A DNA stretch of 64,000 nt. It comes from Escherichia phage phiWec179. Numbering within the stretch: position 1 is the stretch's first letter; every line of letters starts with the position of its first letter. The stretch lies in the sequence record LC739533.1. One strand, given 5' to 3'. Under the pieces are notes generated by a model. That model was not told where the DNA came from and did no database searches. It was given only the letters and a program-made list of their open reading frames with translations. Positions 20,136 to 29,276 of this stretch are shown here, in pieces. Position numbers and translations under genes: made by a program.

Positions 20136-20722
20136 GGTGGCCTATGAGCAACCTATTTTACACAGGCGTGGGAAGTCGAGAGATAACCCACGAAGAATGG
20201 GATTTAATGGTCGCTGTAGCAAAGTGGTTGGCTAACTGTGGTTTTACTTTACGTTCAGGTAATGCAAACGGTAGTGACTCTGCTTTCGAAACAGGTGTGG
20301 AAGAATCCAAAAACAAATCTCTCAAGGAGATTTATATCCCTTGGGAGAAGTTTGAAGGCAATGATATTCCAGGTGAGAAAATAGTTCTTGCTAAACCTGA
20401 CAGTATGAACTATGCTATCAGTCTCCAGTGGATAAAGGATATTCATCCGGCATTTGATAAATTGAAACAAGGTGCACGTAAATTGCATCAACGTAACGTT
20501 CATCAGGTGTTGGGACAAGATCTGGAGCATCCAATTCCTTCTTTGTTTTTACTGGCTTGTTCCAAAGAAGATAAGAAGGGAGACGTTATGGGTGGAACAC
20601 GGACGGCGTGGCTCATCGCTAAAGCTAATAACGTTCCATGTTTTAACTTACGTGGTAAAACAAAGGAAGAACTTTATGCTTTTCTTAAACCGTTGGTCAA
20701 GGGGGCAATCAGTGGCAATTAA
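20132..20722 (+). CDS. DprA/Smf-like (SLOG-type) Rossmann-fold protein
   Basis: TGVGSREIT..FTLRSGNANGSDSAFETGV resembles DprA GSR / SGxAxGxD blocks. Confidence 0.5.
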   Translation: MRWPMSNLFYTGVGSREITHEEWDLMVAVAKWLANCGFTLRSGNANGSDSAFETGVEESKNKSLKEIYIPWEKFEGNDIPGEKIVLAKPDSMNYAISLQWIKDIHPAFDKLKQGARKLHQRNVHQVLGQDLEHPIPSLFLLACSKEDKKGDVMGGTRTAWLIAKANNVPCFNLRGKTKEELYAFLKPLVKGAISGN

Positions 20723-21236
20723 GTTAAATCGTGCAAACGTAGGTAATCGTTTTAACCTTAGCCGTATAAACGAGGACGTAGATGTTACAGCAGATATTGA
20801 AAAAATCATGCAGGGTATTGTCCATCACGGTTTGCGTTTTGCCAGGGATTTGGTAATCTTCCGTTATGACGGAGAAGATGATCGTTCAAAGAATGATGGG
20901 ATTATCTTCGTAGATAAAGATTTAACCCAAGCAGATATTGAACAGATCAACCGTTATTTTATTGGTGTAGGGGATCTTCAAGACACGCAGCTTGCACGTA
21001 TGGCAGAAATTCTGGCGAATAAATTGTTGCAAGATATCGGAAAAGTTCTTGACAAAAATCCAAAACATGTTATAGTGACTATCCACAAAATGAGTTTTAT
21101 TAAGTATCTTAACAAACCTGGTAAACTGGGTTATGGATGGATACGCACAAGTGGACCACAAACCACTCTCGAAACCGAGATGTGCTATACAATTGAAGAA
21201 GTAAAACGTGAGGAGGAAGAGAATGGCGGAATTTAA
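20712..21236 (+). CDS. hypothetical protein
   Basis: Start uncertain: GTG 20712 (RBS aaggggg) or ATG 20808; the track start 20472 overlaps the previous gene. Confidence 0.4.
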   Translation: MAIKLNRANVGNRFNLSRINEDVDVTADIEKIMQGIVHHGLRFARDLVIFRYDGEDDRSKNDGIIFVDKDLTQADIEQINRYFIGVGDLQDTQLARMAEILANKLLQDIGKVLDKNPKHVIVTIHKMSFIKYLNKPGKLGYGWIRTSGPQTTLETEMCYTIEEVKREEEENGGI

Positions 21237-21513
21237 TGAAGTGAAAAGTTACGAAAGCAATTTCGTAAGCAATTGGGAAGCATGGGATGAGATGGGTGTT
21301 GGTGAACTCTATTTCTACAATGTAACCCTTCGTCCAGAATATCAACATCTCATTCCAGAAGGCACTGTGCAGATCGGTATGTTCATGTCTTCTCAAGACG
21401 GTGTTGTGCAGTTTGAGTTTTACTCTGACACAGAACAGAACGAATTCACTTATCGTGCATTCAATATCGTATTAGCTTTAGGAGAGGAGAAATTTTATGA
21501 CGACGAAGTATAA
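21223..21513 (+). CDS. hypothetical protein
   Basis: Start at ATG 21223 with RBS gaggagg. Confidence 0.5.
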   Translation: MAEFNEVKSYESNFVSNWEAWDEMGVGELYFYNVTLRPEYQHLIPEGTVQIGMFMSSQDGVVQFEFYSDTEQNEFTYRAFNIVLALGEEKFYDDEV

Positions 21514-21694
21514 AACAGTAGCAGAAGCACTGAAAGCAGCACACGAAGCCATTGCAGAAGCTGAACAATTGGCTGATGAAACTGGCACAAGTTTTCACTT
21601 CTCTGTTGAATATGGGATGGGTGGTACTTATGACCCAGAAGATGAGAACGAATACACTGGGACCAACTGGCACCCATCTTCCCTCGGTTGTTAA
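21497..21694 (+). CDS. small protein, member of tandem paralog triplet
   Basis: C-terminal W-x-SS-x-C motif shared with the next two ORFs. Confidence 0.5.
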   Translation: MTTKYKTVAEALKAAHEAIAEAEQLADETGTSFHFSVEYGMGGTYDPEDENEYTGTNWHPSSLGC

Positions 21695-21708
21695 TAAGGA
21701 GAAATAAA

Positions 21709-21927
21709 ATGAGTGATCGTAATGCACAAGCATTAGCAGACAAAGCAAAAGAAATCATGAAGCTTGTGGATGCACTGGCAGCAGAAGCAGAAAAGGAAGG
21801 TTTCGGTCTTAGCTTAGAAAACAATACAATCTGTTTTGAAGATTGGCAGTCTTCTGCTTGCTATGGCGAAGCTGATGATGGTTTCACCGTTGACTCTGAC
21901 GGTGTTTGGTATAGCAGTAATTGTTAA
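21709..21927 (+). CDS. small protein, member of tandem paralog triplet
   Basis: Ends WYSSNC; RBS aaggag. Confidence 0.5.
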   Translation: MSDRNAQALADKAKEIMKLVDALAAEAEKEGFGLSLENNTICFEDWQSSACYGEADDGFTVDSDGVWYSSNC

Positions 21928-21936
21928 GGAGGGATC

Positions 21937-22206
21937 ATGTCAGAAGGTAGTGCCTTAATCAAGGCAAAAGTTAAAGAGATGGAAGAATCACAACAGAAGT
22001 TCCGCAACGAGATTGAAGAGCTTTGTGAGCAGTTCCAAGAACAAGCGTGGATCGGTGATTACGGGAATGGGGAAACTTACTACCCAACAGGAACAAACGC
22101 AGAAGAACATTATCTCACCTATATCTGCGGAGACTATGATATTGAGATTGACGAAAACGGTCTGATGACCGAAGGTCTTTGGGTGTCTTCCTCGGAAATG
22201 TGCTAA
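21937..22206 (+). CDS. small protein, member of tandem paralog triplet
   Basis: Ends WVSSSEMC; RBS aaggagg. Confidence 0.5.
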   Translation: MSEGSALIKAKVKEMEESQQKFRNEIEELCEQFQEQAWIGDYGNGETYYPTGTNAEEHYLTYICGDYDIEIDENGLMTEGLWVSSSEMC

Positions 22207-22215
22207 TAAATAATA

Positions 22216-22237
22216 ACCCGCTTCGGCGGGTTTTTTA
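22216..22237 (+). terminator. rho-independent terminator (CCCGC-TTCG-GCGGG + T6)
   Basis: Perfect hairpin followed by TTTTTT. Confidence 0.6.
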
Positions 22238-22248
22238 TTGTGTGAGTG

Positions 22249-22277
22249 TTGACAAGACACGAAGAACCTGGTAGACT
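22249..22277 (+). promoter_or_regulatory. sigma70-type promoter TTGACA-17-TAGACT
   Basis: Consensus -35, 17-nt spacer, -10 TAGACT, about 30 nt before ATG 22306. Confidence 0.5.
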
Positions 22278-22305
22278 TGTCTCATCAACTAAGAGAGGAG
22301 GATAT

Positions 22306-23244
22306 ATGAAAGTATTAATCGGTAGTCGTGCGTTGGAAATGATTTGTCGTTCTCGTGGTGTAGAACTGTATCGTGCTTGCGTAGATCTGGATTACCTCTG
22401 CACTGAAGAAGAGTGGCAAGCAGAAGCCCAGAAATTCTCGAAAGATCGTTTCGTAGAAATTGTTGAACGTAAAGGTAACAAAGGGCATATCAAAATGATC
22501 GCGGGCGCTCATCTGGAATATGATATTGCACAACCAGGCGACTCTACAGATGCTTTGATTCAATACATCAAAGAGAATGCAGATCATCTGCCGCGTATTG
22601 GTTATGATGTGGTCGCGCCTTTGGATGTTTTATACCTTCTGAAGATGAGTCACCGTTTTAAGAAGGACAGTCCTCACTTCCTGAAAACAATGAAGGATAT
22701 CCACTTCATGCGTAACCTTGGAGCGAAGATCCCTGAAGAGTTGGAAGATACATACAAACTGCGTCAGAAGGAGTCCTATAATTACGGGCACCCTAATCTG
22801 AACGTGAAAAGTAAAGATTTCTTCAAGGGTGATGAAGTGCCTTATGTGTATGATCACGATAGCCTGCACAGAGTTTTAGCTGTAATGGAGGAACCAGCTT
22901 ACACGAACTACCTAAAGGATGGTAACGAGGTAATGACAAGTAAAGATAAGTTCTATGCTGTTGACGAAACTACCAGATTGCTTGGGGTGTTAGAGGAGAG
23001 TTTGGTTCTGGCTTCGGAAAGGTGTCTAATACCTTTCAACTACAGTGTTACAGGGAAGAAGGCATTTCTTATGGCTTTGACTAAAGTTTGCACTTCTATC
23101 ACATCGGGCTACTTTCGAGAATATGCTTATGAAAAGTTCTTCCTTGTGTGTAAGGTATACGATAATATGTATCCTAACGACGAGTGGGTGGATACGTTAA
23201 GACAAGCCATAGATAAGGGGGCTGTTGATGTATATAAAGCATAA
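22306..23244 (+). CDS. hypothetical protein
   Basis: Start at ATG 22306 (RBS agaggagg); track start 22246 would overlap the promoter. Confidence 0.6.
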   Translation: MKVLIGSRALEMICRSRGVELYRACVDLDYLCTEEEWQAEAQKFSKDRFVEIVERKGNKGHIKMIAGAHLEYDIAQPGDSTDALIQYIKENADHLPRIGYDVVAPLDVLYLLKMSHRFKKDSPHFLKTMKDIHFMRNLGAKIPEELEDTYKLRQKESYNYGHPNLNVKSKDFFKGDEVPYVYDHDSLHRVLAVMEEPAYTNYLKDGNEVMTSKDKFYAVDETTRLLGVLEESLVLASERCLIPFNYSVTGKKAFLMALTKVCTSITSGYFREYAYEKFFLVCKVYDNMYPNDEWVDTLRQAIDKGAVDVYKA

Positions 23245-23839
23245 ATATTTAGGAATCACAGACGAAGACTCCAAAGATGGAGAATTCGTCTACACGATCA
23301 CAGCAGCGAATGGATACTACCAGACCCGTATAGGGGGTTTATGGAGAGCTTTAAATGCGCGGGTAGGTAAGGGATCATACACAAACGTATGTGTAGATTT
23401 TAAAGATTTCAAAGAGTTTGCCGAGAGTGTAACAATATTAGCCAATTATAAAACATTAGATAGTTATGGGAACCACTATCACTTAGATAAAGACTTAAAA
23501 TGTTACAAGAAGGATAAATCTTACAACAAAGATTCAGTGCTGTTTATCCCTGGGCACTTAAATACCGCCTTGAAAGGTGTGATCCCTTACTTGGAGTGTG
23601 GGGCTACTTGTGGAGTCAGTTTTAGTAAGATTCGGAATAAGTTTCGAGCCTACTGTAATGATGGCGGTAGTAGACAGATACATTTAGGGTACTTCGAAAG
23701 TAAAGAAGCTGCTCAAAAAGCTTGGGTATTGGAGAAGATAAATCAAATAAAACGTTCCTTAATCAAAGAGAACATCTCGGACGAAGATATTTTGTATTTT
23801 ACGGGTGTTTTGATAAGCGATTTAGAAGGAGGTTATTGA
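23228..23839 (+). CDS. HNH homing-endonuclease-like protein with C-terminal AP2-type domain
   Basis: C-terminal GVSFSKIRNKFRAYCNDGGSRQIHLGYFESKEAAQKAW resembles AP2 domain; upstream GNHYHLDKD histidine-rich block. Confidence 0.5.
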   Translation: MYIKHKYLGITDEDSKDGEFVYTITAANGYYQTRIGGLWRALNARVGKGSYTNVCVDFKDFKEFAESVTILANYKTLDSYGNHYHLDKDLKCYKKDKSYNKDSVLFIPGHLNTALKGVIPYLECGATCGVSFSKIRNKFRAYCNDGGSRQIHLGYFESKEAAQKAWVLEKINQIKRSLIKENISDEDILYFTGVLISDLEGGY

Positions 23840-23840
23840 T

Positions 23841-24239
23841 ATGGGTTGGTGTGATCAGTCACAAAGTTACTTCAAAGTGACACATGTGGATCTCAACAAG
23901 GCAAGAGTGAAGCTGTTGAGTATTGAAAAAGAAACAGCAGCTATTGACAAACGCCTCCGAGAGAGTAAAGTGGTAATCACTTCTTGGTTCGGACTGAAAC
24001 GTAAAGTCCTCACGCAGCGAGAGCATGTAATTAAAAATATGCATGGTTGGGCTTGGTTCCACGACATGGCAAAACACCTGGGGTACATTTCTACTGAAGA
24101 ACACGACCTCTTGGAGCTACGTTATCGCCTTCCAGATGTAGAAGATTTAGATTTGTGGATCAGTTCCGAACAAATCTTCTTAACCGAGAGCGATTGGAAG
24201 AAAGTCAATATTTGTCTTAAATGGAGGGAGAATGAGTAA
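23841..24239 (+). CDS. hypothetical protein
   Basis: 132-aa ORF, RBS ggaggt. Confidence 0.55.
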   Translation: MGWCDQSQSYFKVTHVDLNKARVKLLSIEKETAAIDKRLRESKVVITSWFGLKRKVLTQREHVIKNMHGWAWFHDMAKHLGYISTEEHDLLELRYRLPDVEDLDLWISSEQIFLTESDWKKVNICLKWRENE

Positions 24240-24915
24240 AGTAGTTTTATCAACATTTGATGGATCTGGGATCATGGTACTTCGTTACGCAGAAGCGGGA
24301 CATAAATGCTATTGTGTAAATGCTGACGAAGGTGATCACGGGGCTTATGAAGTTCGCATGGAACATCCTAACATCACTTACGTGAACGCATGGATTGATT
24401 CCAACTTCAACCCTGAAGATTACGGTATTCCTAAGCCAGATATTATCTTTGGCTTCCCTCCATGTACCATGCTTGCTGGTTGCGGTAGTAAGCACGAACG
24501 TAGCGCAGAAGAGTTGGAAGAAGCTTTGGCTAACATTCGTATCGTGGAAGCTTTAGGAAATAAATACAACGTTCCGTGGATGATTGAGAATCCGGTGGGT
24601 AAACTGTCAACATTGTGGCGTAAACCGGATTTCTATTTCGATCCTTACGAATATGGCGGATATCTGTTTGATGAAGAAGGCAGCTTCCACCCTAAAATGC
24701 CTACCCGTGACGGTTACACAAAGAAAACCTGTATTTGGCATGGCAATGGTTTTGTTAAGCCTGTGAAGAAGCCTGTGGAACATATTGGTTGCTTCTGGGG
24801 CTGGAAAAGTTTAGGCGGAGCAAGTGCGAAAACAAAGCAACTCCGATCGTTAACTGCTCGCGGTTTTGCTCGTGCTGTGTTTTTATCTAACAACCTTTTA
24901 GATAAGGAGGAATGA
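24232..24915 (+). CDS. DNA (cytosine-5) methyltransferase-like protein (short form)
   Basis: FDGSG (motif I FxGxG), GFPPC (motif IV), MIENPVG (ENV motif VI); only 227 aa. Confidence 0.55.
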   Translation: MSKVVLSTFDGSGIMVLRYAEAGHKCYCVNADEGDHGAYEVRMEHPNITYVNAWIDSNFNPEDYGIPKPDIIFGFPPCTMLAGCGSKHERSAEELEEALANIRIVEALGNKYNVPWMIENPVGKLSTLWRKPDFYFDPYEYGGYLFDEEGSFHPKMPTRDGYTKKTCIWHGNGFVKPVKKPVEHIGCFWGWKSLGGASAKTKQLRSLTARGFARAVFLSNNLLDKEE

Positions 24916-25580
24916 TGACCCATTTAAAACCTTTTGGTGGAAAACCTATTGTGGCGTATCAAGTAGATCGTGATGATTGGGAAGGCAGTGTAGTTGTCTT
25001 TGGTAATCATTTCTTTGCTGTGCGTCGTAAAGGCGCAAGCATGTTAGATTGTGAGGAGGAGTATTGTCATGTCTCCCGTGCCAAAGAATTCGACCAGTAT
25101 GTAGAAAAAGGTTTTGTGCCTGTCAAAGCTTTACTGGAGGCAGGATGGTGGATACACTCTGCTCATGATGGTGTTAGACTTGACGAGTCTGTAGATAGTC
25201 TTGAGGCAGATTTTGACGAATGTGAAGATGGCATGTATATTGAGGGGGATCTTGTATTTTCCCTTGACGAGAAAAGTGTGTGGAAGAACTGGGAAGAAAT
25301 GGAACGTCACGCGCATTTTATCAATGATGCTTTGATTCGTAAAGCTTGGTTCACGGAGGCGGTGAAGGTAGCGTATCCGCAATTCACCTTTACAGAGGTT
25401 TGGGGCGGTCCACACCACATCACCCATACAGCATTTTTCGACTTCCCTGGTTCACGTTACAAAGGTAATGTAATGTGGGACTGGGATGAGAATGAAGTAC
25501 CATCTGTTCAAGACTTTCGTTGTTATGTTTGCCAAGGCGATCAAGAAGCCCTTGACAAATACCTGCAAAGTCTGGTATAG
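24912..25580 (+). CDS. hypothetical protein
   Basis: 222-aa ORF, RBS aaggagg. Confidence 0.55.
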   Translation: MMTHLKPFGGKPIVAYQVDRDDWEGSVVVFGNHFFAVRRKGASMLDCEEEYCHVSRAKEFDQYVEKGFVPVKALLEAGWWIHSAHDGVRLDESVDSLEADFDECEDGMYIEGDLVFSLDEKSVWKNWEEMERHAHFINDALIRKAWFTEAVKVAYPQFTFTEVWGGPHHITHTAFFDFPGSRYKGNVMWDWDENEVPSVQDFRCYVCQGDQEALDKYLQSLV

Positions 25581-25595
25581 TGCCAGCATCTGAAC

Positions 25596-25626
25596 AAAGC
25601 CTCCTGCTTCAGGGGGCTTTTCTTTT
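25596..25626 (+). terminator. putative rho-independent terminator
   Basis: AAGCCTCCTG/CAGGGGGCTT stem followed by T-rich tract. Confidence 0.45.
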
Positions 25627-25638
25627 ATGGGAGGAAAT

Positions 25639-26133
25639 ATGTTTCAAGTAGAAATTCATGTGCACAACAGTTGTTCAAATTGCGAAACTTGTGGTTACAA
25701 TAGTTCAACCATGATCACTGTTAGCGGAGACTTAGGACATGCCAAGTTTGGCGAAGTCGCAAGCTGCTTCAGCGGAGAGGATGCAGATTGGCATGATATT
25801 GCTTTGTGGCTATGCGGAAGACTGAATGTAAATTGTAAAGACTTCCCTGAACTGTTGAGCCGAAATCTTATTGATAGTCGGGAACAAGCCTACAATATTT
25901 ATGCCGCTTCTGTTTATGTTGATCATAAATGGGTAGAAGATGAAGAAGCTGAACGTTTGCTGCGCCTCTACTACGAAGCAGAGGAAGCTTATGATAACTA
26001 TTATAGCATGTCCAACATTCTACGCTTGTTTGCAGAGTTTGATATTTACTTTGAAGTGAGTTATTCTGAAGAGGAAGTGTATGATTTTGATGACGATGAT
26101 TACGAGGAGGATGAAGAATGCCAAGACGATTAA
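25639..26133 (+). CDS. hypothetical protein with highly acidic C-terminus
   Basis: Start at ATG 25639 (RBS gggagg); CxxC pair near N-terminus. Confidence 0.5.
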   Translation: MFQVEIHVHNSCSNCETCGYNSSTMITVSGDLGHAKFGEVASCFSGEDADWHDIALWLCGRLNVNCKDFPELLSRNLIDSREQAYNIYAASVYVDHKWVEDEEAERLLRLYYEAEEAYDNYYSMSNILRLFAEFDIYFEVSYSEEEVYDFDDDDYEEDEECQDD

Positions 26134-26918
26134 TAGTGATCAGCGGTGCTGGTCTAAGCGCCGATAGCGGTGTACGTACTTTCCGCACTGATACAGATAG
26201 CGGGAAAGCTTTGTGGGATGAATACGACCTTTCTGAAGTGTGCGATATTTTCAATTTCCGTGCTGGCTACCAGCAAGAACAATGTGTTCCTGGCGCTGCT
26301 GGTGGATTAGATGCAGAGGGATACAACCTCTACCGTAAAACTCACGACTTCTACAATAAACGTCGCGTAGAGATGGATAGTGTGTCTCCTAACGCTGCGC
26401 ATTACCAGATCGCAGAGTGGTTCCAAGAGTACGGCTGCGATCGTGTTATCAACATCACAACAAACGTAGATGATCTTCTGGAACAAGCAGGGGTTGTTCA
26501 TGAAGATGTTCTGCATGTTCACGGCTTCCTGCCTGAAGTGATTGTAGACAATAGAATCATCAAGGATGTTGGTTATGCTGCTATTGATGTAGATGATTAC
26601 AAGTATGTGAAGCCCAATGTAGTGTTCTTTGGGGAGACTGCCCCACTGTATAACGATATGTACCACATCTTAGACGGCTTGACGGCTCAAGATATGGTGG
26701 TTGTAGTGGGCTGCTCTAATCAAGTGATCAACTTCAACTGGGATTTGTTCCCAGCCCTCAACATAGGAACAAAGATGGTCGTAGTTAATCCTGGGGTTAA
26801 TTACGAAGAAACACTTCTCTATGAAGATCGTGGAGTTTTTGTTTACCGAGAAAAAGCTGCAACAGCCTTCAGTAATGAAGGTTTCATTAAAATGATCGAA
26901 GACCACTTAAACAAATAA
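26118..26918 (+). CDS. Sir2-like (sirtuin family) NAD-dependent protein
   Basis: GAGLSADSGVRTFR, catalytic HG, KPNVVFFGE, VVVGCSNQV sirtuin blocks; no Zn-binding Cys tetrad seen. Confidence 0.75.
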   Translation: MPRRLIVISGAGLSADSGVRTFRTDTDSGKALWDEYDLSEVCDIFNFRAGYQQEQCVPGAAGGLDAEGYNLYRKTHDFYNKRRVEMDSVSPNAAHYQIAEWFQEYGCDRVINITTNVDDLLEQAGVVHEDVLHVHGFLPEVIVDNRIIKDVGYAAIDVDDYKYVKPNVVFFGETAPLYNDMYHILDGLTAQDMVVVVGCSNQVINFNWDLFPALNIGTKMVVVNPGVNYEETLLYEDRGVFVYREKAATAFSNEGFIKMIEDHLNK

Positions 26919-26926
26919 ACCAACCA

Positions 26927-26948
26927 AGGGGCTACGGCCCCTTTCTTA
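26927..26948 (+). terminator. rho-independent terminator (GGGGC-TACG-GCCCC)
   Basis: Hairpin plus T-rich tract after Sir2-like gene. Confidence 0.55.
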
Positions 26949-26961
26949 TTAGGAGATTACT

Positions 26962-27234
26962 ATGCAACAAGAAACTTTCGATTTTTATCTCGCCAATTAC
27001 GTCTACTACTTCTCTAATGGTACACAGAAAGGGGAAGGCAACCTTTACCTGGCTACCAACACTGGAGCAGGTGTTCGTAAAGCCAATATTGATTTAGCAA
27101 GAGAAACAGTTCGCTCTGGACTGGAAGAGACGCTTGAAACTCCCGTTGTTGTGGTTATACAAACTATCAGTTACCTTGCAACTTGTACTAAAGAAGATTT
27201 TGAGGCTCCTCAAACGCAATCTAACGAAGCATAA
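26962..27234 (+). CDS. hypothetical protein
   Basis: 90-aa ORF, last gene of rightward block. Confidence 0.5.
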   Translation: MQQETFDFYLANYVYYFSNGTQKGEGNLYLATNTGAGVRKANIDLARETVRSGLEETLETPVVVVIQTISYLATCTKEDFEAPQTQSNEA

Positions 27235-27266
27235 AAGAAAGGCACCCAAGTGGGTGCCTTTTCTAT
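27233..27266. terminator. bidirectional terminator at strand switch
   Basis: GGCACCC-AAGT-GGGTGCC hairpin flanked by A-tract (left) and T-tract (right) between convergent blocks. Confidence 0.5.
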
Positions 27267-27303
27267 TTGAGAGCGTCTCTGTGCGATTTAAGGGGGTTCT
27301 CGG

Positions 27304-27534
27304 CTATTTGTGAAGTGCTCTCTCGTACAACTCGATAATCAACTCGTCTTCGGCAGTAATACGGGCCATTTGATCTGTCTTCAGGATTGCTGGTTGGTAA
27401 TGATGCATTTCACTGCTCAAGATACACTCCCACTCATCTTCCCCTACTCTCTCACCTACGTGAATCTTCACAGGATACCAGAAAGGATTGTCCACCAGGA
27501 ATGCCATACAACCTTCTTCGATTTTGCTCAACAT
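27304..27534 (-). CDS. hypothetical protein
   Basis: 76-aa ORF, RBS aaaggag. Confidence 0.5.
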   Translation of the reverse strand: MLSKIEEGCMAFLVDNPFWYPVKIHVGERVGEDEWECILSSEMHHYQPAILKTDQMARITAEDELIIELYERALHK

Positions 27535-27556
27535 AGTAATCTCCTTTGTTCAGATA

Positions 27557-27581
27557 TGAAAAAACCCGCCGAAGCGGGTTC
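27557..27581 (-). terminator. rho-independent terminator (AACCCGC-TTCG-GCGGGTT + T6 on minus strand)
   Basis: Hairpin with downstream T-tract on minus strand. Confidence 0.5.
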
Positions 27582-27624
27582 ATGTGCTGCGGTAGGATCA
27601 GTATCCTACAGCACGAATTGTTTG

Positions 27625-27909
27625 TCAACGTTTGGAGTAGAAAAACTCCTCATATTCTGATCGTGTGACTATTGCTGGGCGACCTTTAGTGCCGAAGAAG
27701 TTTGCGCTTGGGCCTTGTGCCATACCTTTATTGAACAAGCAGTAATCCCCACGCATATAAATCCCAGAGAATGTTTCAACAACATCGTATTTGCCAACGC
27801 TGGAGAACTTAATTTCTCCATCTGCATCTCGAACTGCGATCACAGCTTGTTCAGGCCATTCTTCGTTGAGAGCTTTAAGACCGTTGTAAACTTCTTGTAC
27901 GAGTTCCAT
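27625..27909 (-). CDS. hypothetical protein
   Basis: 94-aa ORF, RBS aaggaggt. Confidence 0.55.
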   Translation of the reverse strand: MELVQEVYNGLKALNEEWPEQAVIAVRDADGEIKFSSVGKYDVVETFSGIYMRGDYCLFNKGMAQGPSANFFGTKGRPAIVTRSEYEEFFYSKR

Positions 27910-27918
27910 ATTACCTCC

Positions 27919-28092
27919 TTAAAGTACGATTTTTTCTTCGTCTGGTTTGTCATAATTTGGAGAGTAGACATGTGAAGGGTTGAAACCCTTGAAGCTACCA
28001 CGTCCTTTACGAGGACAGTTGAAAGTACGAGCCTGATGATCACCGAAAGACTTACCACAATGCACACATTTGAAGTTGGTAACTTTATTCAT
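27919..28092 (-). CDS. small zinc-ribbon protein
   Basis: CVHCGK..CPRKG; start at ATG 28092 with RBS aaaggag. Confidence 0.5.
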   Translation of the reverse strand: MNKVTNFKCVHCGKSFGDHQARTFNCPRKGRGSFKGFNPSHVYSPNYDKPDEEKIVL

Positions 28093-28147
28093 GTTCTTCT
28101 CCTTTAGGTTAATAGGCTGCACCTATTAAGATGCAGCTTTTGATAGA

Positions 28148-28249
28148 TTACTTAGATGAGTCCAGAATATCTTTTACTTTGGCGATGATAACATCTTGAT
28201 ACTTATGGATGTGATATCCTACTACTAAACCTACGATAAATGCAATCAT
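28148..28249 (-). CDS. small hydrophobic peptide (33 aa)
   Basis: Not in track; TAATG overlap with upstream stop; RBS aggag. Confidence 0.3.
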   Translation of the reverse strand: MIAFIVGLVVGYHIHKYQDVIIAKVKDILDSSK

Positions 28250-28848
28250 TATTTTCTCCTATTTTGCTCGAATGTAGCTTGTGTCGGTATGTCAAACCAG
28301 TGGAAGTAACCTTTTTGTTGGGGTGCGATGCTGGTGCCAGTTGCCACAGCCAACACATCCACACTGATACCTATCTGATCATCTTCTACCGTATAATCCG
28401 AGGACCATAATTTAACAGTCAACGGTGTCTTTCCGACGAGGAAGTGAAGTCCTGCGTTTCCCCAGAGATTCACTTCAATCGCCTCGTCTTGAGATACATC
28501 TTGCTCTACTTCCTGTAGTTTGTCAAACACTTTCTGCACATCTTTTGGGTTAAGACGGATACTGTGCAGATAGTCAAACATGTTCACAAAATCTTGTGCT
28601 CGTTTTGTGTTTTTGGATACAGGATGAAGACAGTGTGGCACTAACGGCGACACACGAATATACCCTCCATCATCGTACCAACGCACAATAAACACGTCTC
28701 GACTTGGCTGACGATCTTTTGCTAAGATCGTAACTTCTTGACCCTCTTCAATAGATGGGTAGTCTGGATCATACGCTGATGCACCATAGACCAAAGCTAC
28801 GTGTCCAACATCCAAAGGTGTTTTTCCGTCCCAATAATTTGTTTCCAT
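28249..28848 (-). CDS. hypothetical protein
   Basis: 199-aa ORF, RBS taggaggg. Confidence 0.6.
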   Translation of the reverse strand: METNYWDGKTPLDVGHVALVYGASAYDPDYPSIEEGQEVTILAKDRQPSRDVFIVRWYDDGGYIRVSPLVPHCLHPVSKNTKRAQDFVNMFDYLHSIRLNPKDVQKVFDKLQEVEQDVSQDEAIEVNLWGNAGLHFLVGKTPLTVKLWSSDYTVEDDQIGISVDVLAVATGTSIAPQQKGYFHWFDIPTQATFEQNRRK

Positions 28849-28857
28849 TTTCCCCTC

Positions 28858-29121
28858 CTAAATAAGATCTGTGAAGTAGTGAATAACTTCAATATTATGG
28901 AAAAGCGTTTTACGCTCTTTTGTGTATTCTGTTGTCGTGACAGTTACCTTCGCCACCCCAAAATCTTTCATAGGGAACGTGGGTGCCTCTTTCAGGATAT
29001 TATGTACTGTTTGGATGGCTTCAAATTCTGTCTCCCAGTAACTGAAGTAACCTTCGTCATCCGTGACGAGATTCTTGCCTTCCAAGTTCACGAAACAATA
29101 AAACTCTCGCGGTGTTGTCAT
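28858..29121 (-). CDS. hypothetical protein
   Basis: 87-aa ORF. Confidence 0.55.
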   Translation of the reverse strand: MTTPREFYCFVNLEGKNLVTDDEGYFSYWETEFEAIQTVHNILKEAPTFPMKDFGVAKVTVTTTEYTKERKTLFHNIEVIHYFTDLI

Positions 29122-29276
29122 TCCACCTTCTCCAAAGCTTTCTTGAAGAATGTAGCATGTAACAGATGGCCCTCTGTATCAAACCATGTCACTTTACAGG
29201 AGTCCCCGTAGTCCTCTGTGACGGTCATGATAACAGCTTCCCCACGTAAGGTTACAACATCGCCTACTGTAATCAT
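29118..29276 (-). CDS. small protein (52 aa)
   Basis: Not in track; fills gap with ATGA overlaps at both ends. Confidence 0.4.
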   Translation of the reverse strand: MITVGDVVTLRGEAVIMTVTEDYGDSCKVTWFDTEGHLLHATFFKKALEKVE

